A stretch of 62,757 nucleotides of DNA from an uncultured delta proteobacterium (GTDB taxonomy: Bacteria > Desulfobacterota > Binatia > Bin18). This document shows positions 31,675 to 42,932 of the stretch, piece by piece (within the stretch, counting starts at the first letter, position 1; the number at the start of each line of letters is the position of its first letter). The notes beneath the pieces were generated by a model that made no database searches, was not told the origin of the DNA, and saw nothing but the letters and a program-made list of their open reading frames with translations. A program made the position numbers and the translations under genes. Location of the stretch: assembly GCA_963733195.1 (NCBI GenBank), contig CAVTCR010000015.1, positions 1 through 62,757 of the forward strand, given 5' to 3'.

Positions 31675-32235
31675 ATGGACGCCTCAATAGCTTTACCCGT
31701 TGTATTAACAGCCCTCCACTTTGCGGCAGACAAACACCGTGATCAGCGGCGCAAAGGGGCAGAGGCTTCCCCCTATGTGAATCACCTCATTGAGGTGGCA
31801 GAGCTGCTTGCGCGGGAAGGAGGGGTGACGGATGTCATTACCCTCCAGGCAGCCATTCTTCATGATACGCTGGAGGACACTGAGACAACCGTGGCAGAAC
31901 TCGATGCCCACTTTGGCATGGAGGTACGGCGGATCGTAGAAGAAGTCACAGACGATCAAACACTCTCGAAAGCAGAACGGAAGCGGCTGCAAATTGTTCA
32001 TGCTCGGCATCTCTCCGCGCGCGCCAAGTTGGTGAAGCTCGCCGATAAGATTGCCAATCTCCGCAGTCTCCTGCACGCGCCCCCGGTGCAATGGTCGCAG
32101 AAACAGAAGCGGGAATATGTGGCGTGGAGTGAACGGGTGGGAGAAGAACTCCGAGGATGCAATAAGAAGTTAGAGGACTCATTTGATACGGAGGTCGCGA
32201 AGGGGAGGCGGAACCTTGGCATCTCCCTGCATTAG
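31675..32235 (+). CDS. HD-domain protein, Mesh1/small alarmone hydrolase-like
   Basis: [36 protein letters not shown]. Confidence 0.88.
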   Translation: MDASIALPVVLTALHFAADKHRDQRRKGAEASPYVNHLIEVAELLAREGGVTDVITLQAAILHDTLEDTETTVAELDAHFGMEVRRIVEEVTDDQTLSKAERKRLQIVHARHLSARAKLVKLADKIANLRSLLHAPPVQWSQKQKREYVAWSERVGEELRGCNKKLEDSFDTEVAKGRRNLGISLH

Positions 32236-32470
32236 GCCATAACTGTATAATTGGCATTATCGCAAGTTTTTCTTTTGAGGATGGTCCATTATTTTCCTCC
32301 ACCAATAGTGAGGTGGAGGAGTGGGCAGAATGCTCAACTTTAGGGGATAAGATCGAACCTTCCCCTTGTCTCTAGTATTTCGCATCTATAGAAGGCTTAT
32401 GACACGTTCTCGGTTAGGTAGACTATCGGGAAGGCTCTCTACTGTTTGTCCTTCCCGATCAACAACCAAT

Positions 32471-33502
32471 TTATGCTTTCACCATCCTTCTTGGATGGGG
32501 CTGTTCATGACCAATGATCGGTTGAGGCCGATAGGGCTCCTCAAGCGTCGCGATTTCTTCATCACTCAATATGATATCAACCGTCGCAAAAAGCTCTTTG
32601 AGATGAGGGATTTTGGTCGCTCCAATGATCGGTGCCGTGACACCCGGCGCTTGCAGAATCCAGGCGCACGCCACCTGCGTCGGCGTCACCCCTCGCTGTT
32701 TGGCGACCTTCTCTGCCGCCGCAGCAATCGCGAAATTTTGTTCGTGAAAATACCATTGCTGGGCAAACTTGTCGGTTTCTGCACGCTTAGTGACTGAGGT
32801 TCCGCCTTTGGGGTCACGGTGGCCAGCAAAAAAACCGCGTGCCAATGGACTCCACGGAATGAGCGCTACGCCTTGGTCAATACAGAGCGGGATCATTTCC
32901 CGTTCTTCCTCACGATAGACGAGGTTGTAATGATTCTGCATTGCTACAAAGCGATGCCAGCCATGTTCCTTGGCTGTATAGAGAGCTTTGGAAAACTGCC
33001 ACGACGCCATGCTACTCGCGCCGAGGTAACGCACTTTGCCGCTACGCACTAGAGAATCAAGTGCTTCCAGTGTCTCTTCAATCGGCGTGGTGTAATCCCA
33101 ACGGTGAATTTGGTAGAGGTCAATATAGTCCATCTTCAGCCGACGCAGCGAATTTTCACACGCCTCAACAATGTGTTTCCGACTCAGGCCACGACGGTTG
33201 GGCCCGGGACCCATCGCGCCGTGGGCTTTGGTGGCGACCACGATGTCATCACGCGAGGCCATCTCGTTGAGCCAGCGCCCGGTGATTTCCTCACTCGCGC
33301 CCACGGAGTAGACGTCGGCGGTGTCAAAAAACGTGACGCCGGCTTCTAAGGCCACGGCGAAATGTTCGCGGGCTTCTTCCTCCCCGAGTGCCCAGTCTCG
33401 CTGTAATGACCAGGACGGCTGTGGGCCGCCGCCATAGGTCATGCAACCCAAACAAATACGCGAAACAGTGAGGCCAGTGTTGCCAAGCTTCGTATATTGC
33501 AT
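32471..33502 (-). CDS. Aldo/keto reductase
   Basis: MQYTKLGNTG, FDTADVYS, DLYQIHRWD, MQNHYNL, PWSPLARG. Confidence 0.95.
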   Translation of the reverse strand: MQYTKLGNTGLTVSRICLGCMTYGGGPQPSWSLQRDWALGEEEAREHFAVALEAGVTFFDTADVYSVGASEEITGRWLNEMASRDDIVVATKAHGAMGPGPNRRGLSRKHIVEACENSLRRLKMDYIDLYQIHRWDYTTPIEETLEALDSLVRSGKVRYLGASSMASWQFSKALYTAKEHGWHRFVAMQNHYNLVYREEEREMIPLCIDQGVALIPWSPLARGFFAGHRDPKGGTSVTKRAETDKFAQQWYFHEQNFAIAAAAEKVAKQRGVTPTQVACAWILQAPGVTAPIIGATKIPHLKELFATVDIILSDEEIATLEEPYRPQPIIGHEQPHPRRMVKA

Positions 33503-33649
33503 GCTGTCTTTCTCCTTCTGTTTTTGTCGTAAGCCTCACAAAGATACGCACTTTCAGAGATCCACTCTCACGCGAGCAAGAATGTTTTCCTTCACTACGA
33601 GTGCGGTCTTCTTACTCTCTCTTGCTCTTGCCCTCTGAGCAATTCCCGG

Positions 33650-34424
33650 TCAGAAATCCAGCGGCAGCGTAAGATGCTGCGCAAAAATATAATCGCGGTG
33701 GGCAATGAGCAGAGGGATCAACCGCCGATGCGACCGCAGTACGCACCGGCGCCCAGATCTGGCGGAAGAAATCCGGCATCGGGTTCTTGTCAGGGGGGTA
33801 GGGATCAACAACCTGTGACATGTTCGCCCAATACAGATCCAACGCTGTCAGTTGATGACCAATAAAATAGCGACTGCCTGCTGTTTGTTGCTTGTGTAGC
33901 CGGGTGGATAAGGCTTGGAAGATCGGGATTATTTTGGCCGGCGCCGCAGCGGCATTCTGGGCTGAGTAGCCATAGGCTTGCACCATCGGATTTTGCTTGA
34001 ATGCCTCCCCTTGTGCTTTGACAAGCGTGTCAAACATGATGTGACGCGCCTGCCACGTGAAGCCTTCTTCGCCGCACAGCTCGTTGGAGAAACCGATCAT
34101 GAGCGCGCGGTCTTCTACGTTCCGTGGTAGGAGTGACGGCGTAGGTGCCAGACGTTCCGCTAGCATCAGTATTTCATACCATCCCGTCCGTGCCGGCTCC
34201 TTGTCGTACATTACCACCGGAGCATTGCGGTGGCCCGTCCAGGCCACGAGGTCCTCGTTGGCTTGTCCCCCATGCTGAGCAACGGGAACGTACGGAATCT
34301 TTTTGACGTGAAAAATGCTTTTGGCTGCCTGACTCCACGGCGCAGGGCCACCAACTGTGAGTGCCAGACGTAAGCCAGGCAAGTCTTTCGCTTCGGCAAC
34401 GGTTTTATATTCCATAAGGGACAT
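33650..34424 (-). CDS. Glutathione S-transferase-like protein
   Basis: PAPWSQAAK, NAPV, LAERL, LTALDLYWA; frameshift near the end, reconstructed HLTLPLDF*. Confidence 0.7.
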
Positions 34425-34441
34425 CTCCTTTCGTTGTATGC

Positions 34442-35417
34442 TTATTGTCCTAAGGGCACCGCTTTAATGTAAAAGGGCAATCGTGGAGGGCCGTTTTTGG
34501 CCGGGTCGAAGAGATGAGAGAGCTGTCCTTCTGCGACCCACGCGGTTGTTCCCACCACAGTGACAGCGGTAGGAACCGAAAAGCCTTCAGCGAGTGTCTC
34601 AATCGATGCCTTGTCTTGGGTGACGATCACGCGATCGAGCGTTCCCATTCCCTTCTACCATCACAAAGGTCAGTCCGCTCACAAGACGAAGCCCGTCGGG
34701 AGACTTCAACGGTCGTGACGTCTGCAGCTTCGTCACCTTTCCTGGCGCTCCGTTACGCACTTCGACACGAAAGAGTTCACCTTTAGTGAAGGTGTTGACG
34801 TAGAGATGACCGTCGCCACCGAAGGCAATGCCGTCGAGACCGGCACCCGGACTCGGAACAGCAAATTGTTGATCCTCAAGCCACACCTCCAATTGGTTAC
34901 TGCCGGGTTTGAGTCGCAAGATCTGGGGGGCAAAAGTGTTTGTGACAAAGACAGAGCCGTCCGGACCGATGGCAATGTCATTGCAAAAAGTGCGCGTGCC
35001 AGGCAGTGCCGCGCTGACCTTTCCCTCTCCTGTGCGCAGATCAAAGCCCTTGAGGTGGCTTCCGCTGACCGTACCCGGCCCTGGTACACCAAACGTTGAC
35101 ATATCGTTCGAGCAGACCCACAGCATGTGCGAGGCGTTGTCGACGAACACACCGAGCGTTGACCGGGTGCCAAAAGCGCCGGGCTTGATCCAGGGTTCGT
35201 CTCTCGTTGCGCCGCGTGGTATCCGCGTTATTCCGCCTGACGCAAGGCTGCTCACGTACAGCGTACCGTCAGATGATGCGGTAATGCTTTCTGGGTAGGC
35301 CTGATTGTCAGCCAACTCAATGCGATTTGCGTCCTCCGCCCTCGCAACTGGAAGGGCATAGAACAGACCTATAACGACCAACATAACCGCTGCGCGAGCT
35401 CGATTGCTTTCCGTCAT
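34442..35417 (-). CDS. Secreted SMP-30/gluconolactonase-like beta-propeller protein
   Basis: Signal peptide, YPESIT, CNDIAIGPDG, LDGIAF, PDGLR; frameshift near 34648. Confidence 0.8.
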
Positions 35418-35447
35418 GACCTCTCCCTATCAACACGGTTAGGAACA

Positions 35448-36353
35448 CTAGCGAAACGCCGGTACCACCTCGGTGGCAAATCGCCGCAACGCTGCATAGT
35501 CGTACGGCGCGGACAGAGAAAGGATAATGTGGGTTACTCCCACCGCAATATACCGCTCGATTTGCTGCCGGATCTCCGCCAGATTTCCTACCAGCATGTC
35601 TGGATTGTCCTTGCGTACACGCCGTGCAGTCTCAGGATCATCCGTCAACGTCATTTGCAACAACGCAGATTTCTCAATCGCCTCCGGGTCGCGTCCAGCC
35701 TTGCGGCAGTGCTCGGTCAGCACGGCGATTTTCCGCGCAAAGACCTCCGGCGAGCCAAACCCGTTCCAGATATTCGCGTGTCGCGCGACGATATCCAAGG
35801 CAACCCGTTCTCCAGTTGCGCCCACTAAGATCGGCGGGTGGGGTTGCTGTACTGGGCGTGGATTCAGCAACGCATCGGTCAGTTGATAGTAGCGACCAGC
35901 AAATGTCACCCGCTGTTCCGTCCACAGACGGGTAATCACGGTCAGCGCTTCGTCTAGCCGTTGCAACCGCTCGCGCATCCTGGGAAATGGAATCCCAAAC
36001 GTTTTATGCTCTAATTCAAACCAGCCCGCTCCCACGCCGAGGATCAACCGCCCCTGACTGATAATATCGAGCGTCGTTGCCATCTTGGCCAACACTGCCG
36101 GATGCCGGTAGGTATTGCCTGTCACCATGACACCAAGACGGACGCGCTGCGTGACCATGGCCAGTGCGGACAAGCTGGTCCAGCCCTCTAAACACGGACC
36201 CGTGGGATCAGAAAAAATCGGCAGAAAATGGTCGAAGACCCACGCACTGTCAAATCCTAGCGTATCGACTTCACGCCACAGCGCGACTATTTCCTGCCAC
36301 GACCCATGCTGCTGCGGCGTTTGGATGCCAAACCGAACAGGATATTGTGCCAT
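35448..36353 (-). CDS. LLM-class (putatively F420-dependent) oxidoreductase
   Basis: FDSAWVFDH, GNTYRHPAVLAK, GAGWFELEH, P.P.QQPHPPI. Confidence 0.9.
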   Translation of the reverse strand: MAQYPVRFGIQTPQQHGSWQEIVALWREVDTLGFDSAWVFDHFLPIFSDPTGPCLEGWTSLSALAMVTQRVRLGVMVTGNTYRHPAVLAKMATTLDIISQGRLILGVGAGWFELEHKTFGIPFPRMRERLQRLDEALTVITRLWTEQRVTFAGRYYQLTDALLNPRPVQQPHPPILVGATGERVALDIVARHANIWNGFGSPEVFARKIAVLTEHCRKAGRDPEAIEKSALLQMTLTDDPETARRVRKDNPDMLVGNLAEIRQQIERYIAVGVTHIILSLSAPYDYAALRRFATEVVPAFR

Positions 36354-36685
36354 TGCTTATCATCTCCTCTTGTACGCTGGCGTTGTCCGAGCAGTGTTGT
36401 AGTTACGCTCGTTTCGCTACAAGAGCTGCGCACGACATTGTCAACAAGTTGATAAACCACGACCTGACAAAACTACAATGGAGAGCCAGTGCAACCCCTT
36501 CAGAATCTTCTGTAATATACTCTAGCGTATTCAGTTGTAGCCGCATCAGCATGCTAGAATCTCGTACCCCCAACCGCATAACGTGCTTGCGCGGAAAAAC
36601 TCGGGACCGGACAGATGAGGTGTCATCTTGTGAGTGGCATCGTTTACCAGGGTGATTTTGCGATGCCACAATCACTGCGCCTTCT

Positions 36686-37249
36686 CTACTGAGGGCCATT
36701 ACGTTCCGTCACTGACTTTGTTCCTGCGTGCAGTACCGTCAGCGTTTTGACTTGTCTCACCCAGCGGGCATGGCGCTTCTCACCAGGGACAATAATGCGT
36801 AATGGTCCCTCTGTGGATGAGAGTGGCTTGCCGTCACGTTGGTCGGCAAGAAAAATGACACGATCCGTGAATCCAGGGTCGAGTTCTGCCACAGCAAAGA
36901 CAGCTTGATAATTGTCGGCGGCTGTCACGAGCACATACGTCGTCATCTCATGCCCGCGTAATTTTTCGCCTAATTTCACCCCCGCTAACCGGAGAATTTC
37001 CACCAGTGGTGTGCCTTCGAAGGTTGCCTCAGCACCACCGTGATCTATCGCGCGTCCTGTGTGACGTGGAAGTTTCGCTATTTCAGCGCCGCTAAGTTGC
37101 AGCGGATGTTCCACCTCACCGTTAACATGCAATGTCGCATTCGTCGCGGGTGAATCGGCCTGTTTTTCCTGTCCGCGAGTGAGAGCTGGATTAAACACAC
37201 CAACGAAGTAGAAAAAGAACAAAGGGATACATAAAAACGCACGTCGCAT
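36686..37249 (-). CDS. Exported sulfite-oxidase-fold/molybdopterin-binding domain protein
   Basis: Signal peptide, FEGTPL, AADNY.AVF..AE, DGKPL...GPLRIIVPG..RWVR. Confidence 0.8.
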   Translation of the reverse strand: MRRAFLCIPLFFFYFVGVFNPALTRGQEKQADSPATNATLHVNGEVEHPLQLSGAEIAKLPRHTGRAIDHGGAEATFEGTPLVEILRLAGVKLGEKLRGHEMTTYVLVTAADNYQAVFAVAELDPGFTDRVIFLADQRDGKPLSSTEGPLRIIVPGEKRHARWVRQVKTLTVLHAGTKSVTERNGPQ

Positions 37250-37331
37250 AGTCTTTTCTTAGCCGCGAGTCCGAGGATAGGCAACCAGCCTTCGGGCGAT
37301 ATCGGTCGTTGATATTACTTTCAAAACGCTT

Positions 37332-37582
37332 TCAGACATCCCCCTCTTCTTTGGCTCGGTCGGAGTGGCGTTTGCAAAAGTTGCATCAGCTCAGCGTCAA
37401 CCTCGAAAAGAAGGCGAGCAAGCTGGGCAAGGCTGGGCAATGATCTCTTCTCGATCACTTTCAGTGATTGTCTCAGTCAGCTGATTTTGTTTGGCCTGAC
37501 ATCCCTCGACGAGCTGGCGGCGATACGCGAGTACTGCGCTGACACTGAGTTTCTGCATTGACATGTCAGGAGCGTCTGTCAT
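37332..37582 (-). CDS. Small hypothetical protein (frame broken by a 10-bp tandem duplication at 37421-37440)
   Basis: GGGGG RBS; MTDAPDM...EEIIAQ, continuing LARLLFEVDAELMQLL...* once one repeat unit is removed. Confidence 0.45.
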
Positions 37583-37610
37583 CGTACCCCCCTTTGTGTA
37601 ATTTATACTA

Positions 37611-37639
37611 TTGCCAAATATTCGACTACCGAATATAAT
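37611..37639 (+). promoter_or_regulatory. sigma70 promoter with overlapping palindromic operator (site C)
   Basis: TTGCCA-17 bp-TATAAT; ATATTCGA-CTA-CCGAATAT (37618-37636) fills the spacer. Confidence 0.75.
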
Positions 37640-37970
37640 CCGCCGTGTTTCACAGCGCAACCCTTGCCTTGACTACCCTCCGTCTTGGCGAGTTGCGCTG
37701 AGAGACAGAGAAATTCTTATTATCTTATGAATACGCATCCACTCGCGCCGCATTGGACGTTTCTCAGCAAGGCGCCCTTTGATCCTGATTTTGAGGCAGC
37801 GAAACGGGAATTTCAGACGCTCTACACTGTTGAGGAACTGCTGCATGTTCCCTAGTGCGCGAGAAATAACTTGGAGTGATAGAAGTTAAAGAAAGTTACG
37901 TAAGAGCGTAACATGGAAGAAACGATCGAACAATACACCAACGAGCAACAAAGAGAGAAAGGAGTTTACT

Positions 37971-39487
37971 ATGGCTGCAGTATCAACAGAAACAACCCCA
38001 CGTGTTAGTAACCCGGTTACCGTCAACAAAGCGACGCTCGACTTTCTTGCCGGTGCCCCTAAGCAATTACTCATCAATGGCAAGTGGGTTCCGGCAAAGT
38101 CAGGAAAAACGTTTGACGCAGTCAACCCAGCCACCGAAGATGTCATCGCTCGGGTTGCTGAAGGTGACAAAGCCGACGTAGACGAGGCGGTCAAAGCAGC
38201 GCGCAACGCCTTTGAATCAGGCAAATGGTCCAATATGAGTCCGCACCAGCGCGCCCGCTATGTGTTCAAGATGGCCGATATTATCGAAGCGCATGGTGAA
38301 GAACTGGCCGAACTCATCACCTTAGAAAACGGCAAGCCGATTACCGAGTCCGAAGCCGAAGTCGTCAGAGCGGTGGATGCTTTTCGCTATTACGCGGGGT
38401 GGGCCACTAAGATTTATGGCGAAACCAATCCGTCGGACCCGAGCTTTTTCAATTACACGTTGCGTGAACCAGTCGGTGTGTGTGGCCAGATCATTCCGTG
38501 GAATGGTCCACTCTCAACCGTGAGCTGGAAAGTCGCACCAGCGCTTGGCGTGCGGCAACACGTTGATCTTGAAACCTGCCGAGCAAACGCCGCTGGTGGC
38601 GCTGCGGCAGGCGAACTGATGCTTGAAGTCTGGCCTTCCGGAAGGTGTCATAAATATCATTACGGGCTTCGGTGAAACCGCTGGAGCGGCAATTGCCAGT
38701 CATCCAGACATCGACAAGGTGGCGTTCACTGGTTCGACTGAAGTCGGCAAGTTGATTCTGCAGGCGTCTGCCGGCAATCTCAAACGTGTCTCGCTGGAGC
38801 TGGGTGGTAAATCACCAAACGTGATCTTTCCTGATGCTGATCTCGAACAAGCGGCACGCGGCTCTGCACTCGGGATCTTCCGCAATCAGGGACAAGTCTG
38901 CTGTGCCGGCCTCGCGCATGTTTGTCCAAGAGCGAGTGTATGACGAGTTCGCTGAGCGGCTCTCTTCGAGAGCCGGCGAGATCAAACTTGGGCAGCCGTT
39001 GGACCGCCAGACCACCATGGGGCCATTGGTCTCGAAAGAGCAGCACGAACGCGTGCTCGGATATCTCCGTCTCGCTCAGCAGGAAGGGGCAAATGCCAAG
39101 ATCGGTGGCGAACGTGGACCGCAGGATAAAGGCTATTTCGTGAAGCCGACGGTGTATACCAAGGTCAAGAACGACATGCGCATTGCGCAAGAAGAGATCT
39201 TCGGTCCTGTCGCGGTTGTCATTCCGTTCAAGGATGAGAACGACGCCGTGTTGCAGGGCAACGACACCACTTATGGATTGGCGGCTGGCGTGTGGACCAA
39301 GGATGTGAGTCGTGCGCACGCAGTGGCGCGCAAGCTCCGGGCCGGTTCGGTCTGGGTCAACTGTTACAACATGATTGATCCCATCTCCCCGTTCGGCGGC
39401 TACAAACAGTCCGGGTTCGGGCGAGAGCTGGGGAAACATTCGATCGAACTCTACACACAGATCAAGTCGGTATACGTGAAATTGTAA
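37971..39487 (+). CDS. Aldehyde dehydrogenase, paralog of 19935-21428 (frameshifted)
   Basis: Shares [27 protein letters not shown]; [30 protein letters not shown]. Confidence 0.93.
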
Positions 39488-39542
39488 AGATCGTGTTTTG
39501 ACTCCAAGGCAGAAATCTCTGGGAGACAGCGAGGAGAGGAAG

Positions 39543-41823
39543 ATGGAACTGCAAGAGCACAAATTCAAAGTGATTGGCACGCGCCCAATTCGGCACGACG
39601 GGGTAGACAAGGTCACTGGCCGCGCCAAGTATGGCGCGGACATCTACCTACCGGGTATGCTCCACGCCAAGGTGTTGCGCAGCCCCCACGCGCATGCGCG
39701 TATCAAGTCCCTCGACGCCACGGCGGCGCTGGCGTTGCCAGGAGTGAAAGCGGTCATTACTGGGCACGACCTGCCAGATCTCGCGCCTGGCGCTCAGCCC
39801 ATGGGTGAACAAACCATTAACCCCCGTTATCTCGTCCATGAATGTCCTGGCCCATGAGACAAAGTGCTGTATCATGGGCATGCCATCGCCGCCGTGGCCG
39901 CGACGACTCCGCACATTGCCGAGGAGGCGCTTGCGCTTATCAAAGTTGACTATGAACTCTTGCCTCCCGTACTCGATGTTCGTAAGGCCATGCAGGATGA
40001 CTCGCAGATCCTCCATGGGGATCTGCGCACCAGCGGGACGCCGGAGAAGAACGATACGCCGACCAACGTTGCCAACCAGATTCGTTTTGCCCGTGGAGAT
40101 CTTGAGGTTGGCTTCAAAATAGCCGAGGTCATTATCGAGCGCGAATTCAATACGTCGATGGTGCACCAAGGCTATATCGAGCCGCACAACGCAGTGGCGC
40201 AATATAACGCGGACGGAAACGCTACCCTTTGGGTGAGCACCCAAGGCCAATTTGCCGTACGCGACCTCTGCGGACATCTCTTACAAATGGACCCCAGTCA
40301 ACATTAAGGTGATCCCCGCTGAGATCGGCGGCGGGTTCGGTGGCAAGACCACCGTATACCTGGAGCCTCTTGCTTTGTTATTGTCAAAAAAGACTGGGAA
40401 ACCAGTCAAGATGACCATGAGCCGTAGTGAGGTGCTCCGCGCCACCGGGCCGACGTCCGGCTCCTATATTCGCTGCAAGATCGGCGCAACCAAAGAGGGG
40501 AAAATTACGGCGGCGCAGGTCTGGATGGCCTACGAAGCGGGCGCGTTTCCCGGCTCGCCGGTTGGTGCGGGCTGCATGACGATTCTTGACGCCTTATAAT
40601 TTAGAAAATTTTCAGATCGACGGCTTTGATGTGGTGCTGAACAAACCAAAAACGGCGGCGTACCGTGCGCCAGGCGCCACCAATGCGGCGTTTGCGTCGG
40701 AGACAGTGATTGACGAGGTGGCGGAAAAACTAGGGATTGATCCCTTGGAGTTTCGCCGCCTGAATGGCGCCAAAGAGGGTACGGCGCAACCAGCCGGACC
40801 GAAGTTTCCTCGCATCGGCTTTCTGGAAACACTCGAAGCGGCGAGAACAAGCGAACATTACCAGTCACCCTTACCACAATCGAATGGGAAATTGGTTGGG
40901 CGGGGAGTGGCCTCTGGGTTCTGGTTTAATGCGGGCCTGCAATCGAGTGCGACCGTGAGCATTAACAGTGACGGCACGGCGAATGTCGTGACGGGCTCAC
41001 CGGATATCGGCGGCAGCCGCGCGTCGATGGCGATGATCACTGCTGAGGTCTTAGGGCTCAAGGCTGAACAAGTTCATCCAAGCGTGGCAGACACCGCGAC
41101 CATTGGCCATACCGATGTAACAGGAGGCAGTCGGGTGACGTTCGCTACCGGCTATGCCGTCTACGAAGCCGCCCAAGACGCTGTACGCTTGCTGAAGGAG
41201 CGCGCGGCGAAATTGTGGAAAGTCACGCCTGAAGATGTGGTGTATCAAGATGGTGATTGCCTCGTGTCTCACGAATGGGCAGGAATCGATGACGTTAAAG
41301 GAGCTGGCCGCGAAACTGGCGCGTGCCGGCGGTCCAGTGACCGGGCGAGCCTCGGTGAATCCGCGCGGCGTTGGCGCTGGTTTTGCCACGCATATCGTCG
41401 ATGTCGAAGTTGATCCGGAAACGGGGAAGACCCAGATCCTGCGCTACACGGCGGTGCAAGATGTTGGGCAAGGCGATCCATCCGAGCTATGTCGAAGGGC
41501 AAATTCAAGGCGGCGCTGTGCAAGGGATTGGGTGGGCAATGAACGAAGAATATTTTTACGATGACAAAGGTATTATGCGTAACACTGGGTTCCTCGATTA
41601 TCGCATGCCGACGTGTTACGACCTGCCGATGATCGACACGATTATGGTCGAAGTGCCAAACCCCGGTCACCCACTAGGTATTCGTGGCGTAGGAGAAGTG
41701 CCGATCGTGCCGCCGCCGGCGGCCATCGCCAACGCTATCTACCGTGCCGTCGGAGTACGCATATTAGAACTCCCCATGTCGCCACCGAAGGTAGCAAAGG
41801 CGATGTGGGAGAAAGCAGGATAG
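39543..41823 (+). CDS. Xanthine dehydrogenase/CoxL-family molybdopterin-binding subunit (frameshifted)
   Basis: DKVTGRAKY, LRSPHAHA, HQGYIEPH, IGGGFGGK, AYRAPG, VEGQIQGGAVQG, RGVGEVP. Confidence 0.92.
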
Positions 41824-42166
41824 TAAACCGATGGGGATATTGGAAGCAGGCGCAAATCGCCGGACGAGACGAACGGCCACGATATGCACCTGCTTAGCCA
41901 GCACAGGAGGTAGACACTCCATACTGAGGGTGTCGTTACCCGCAACCCTGGGTATTGTCTTTCCAGCTGCTGACCCTTAATAAACGCTTCAGTCGACAAA
42001 GACTACGAAAAGTCTCCACGCTAACTGCCTCTGGCGTCTATAATCGCTGCCGTATCGTCATAGTCTTTAGTTTCTGTTCCTTCATTACTTCTTCCGCTCA
42101 AGACGTTGATATTCTGGGTAGTGGTTCAGTTTCCCTTTCCAGATTAAAAAGAGACTTCGCACTCTT

Positions 42167-42259
42167 TGTCATTCTGAGGAGCAGCGCGACGAAGAATCTC
42201 TCAGGTTGGCGTGTAGGGGGAGAGATTCTTCACTTCGTTGCACTCCGTTCAGAATGACA
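42167..42259. repeat. REP-like intergenic palindromic element
   Basis: TGTCATTCTGA...GAAGAATCTCTC / GAGAGATTCTTC...TCAGAATGACA. Confidence 0.75.
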
Positions 42260-42398
42260 TGTTTGTGGTGTTGTTCGTTAACCTGAACCGTTACCGTGTT
42301 CTGCCGTTCATTTTCGGAAGAGACTAGTCCATGCTATGAAACATTGTGCATCCAACTGGCATCACATTCCGTAGAAAGGAGAAGCAGAAGGAGCAACT

Positions 42399-42932
42399 AT
42401 GCAAAGACGCTTATTTCTTCAACAATTGGTCGCTCTCGCTTTGGGTGGACTTGGATTTTCGTCTTGTACGCGAAGTGAAACAGCAAACGCTACTGCTGAG
42501 CAAGGCAGTGCGCAGATCACGAAACTGGACAAGCCTCTCACGGAATGGAAGAAACTCCTTCCTCCCAAAGCATACGCGGTGTTGTTTGAGGAGGAGACTG
42601 AACGGGCAGGGTCGAGTCCACTGAACGATGAAAAGCGAGACGGAACGTTTATCTGTGCAGCGTGCTATCTGCCGCTGTTTGAATCGAAAGCGAAATATGA
42701 GAGTGGCACTGGCTGGCCGAGTTTCTATCAACCTATTCCAGGACGTATGGATAAGAAAACTGACTACAAGCTGATTTATCCGCGCACGGAGTATCACTGT
42801 ATCCGCTGTGGCGGGCACCAAGGCCATGTGTTCGACGACGGTCCACCACCGACCGGACAACGCTGGTGCAATAATGGCGTGGCGCTCAACTTTGTTCCAA
42901 CCGGCGAGTCACTGCCAGCACTGAGGACATGA
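42399..42932 (+). CDS. msrB: Methionine-R-sulfoxide reductase with Tat/lipoprotein-like leader
   Basis: TER, CAAC, SGTGWPSF, RTEYHC..CGGHQGHVF.DGP, RWCNN; MQRRLFL leader. Confidence 0.95.
   Translation: MQRRLFLQQLVALALGGLGFSSCTRSETANATAEQGSAQITKLDKPLTEWKKLLPPKAYAVLFEEETERAGSSPLNDEKRDGTFICAACYLPLFESKAKYESGTGWPSFYQPIPGRMDKKTDYKLIYPRTEYHCIRCGGHQGHVFDDGPPPTGQRWCNNGVALNFVPTGESLPALRT

Noticed and set aside
13287-39643. Long antisense ORFs (13287-14045, 18667-19509, 38780-39643 and similar)
   Set aside because: Shadow frames of well-supported genes in GC-rich DNA, with no recognisable motifs.
39543-41823. Aerobic CO dehydrogenase coxL
   Set aside because: The active-site loop is AYRAPG rather than AYXCSFR, and no coxM/coxS or accessory genes are adjacent.
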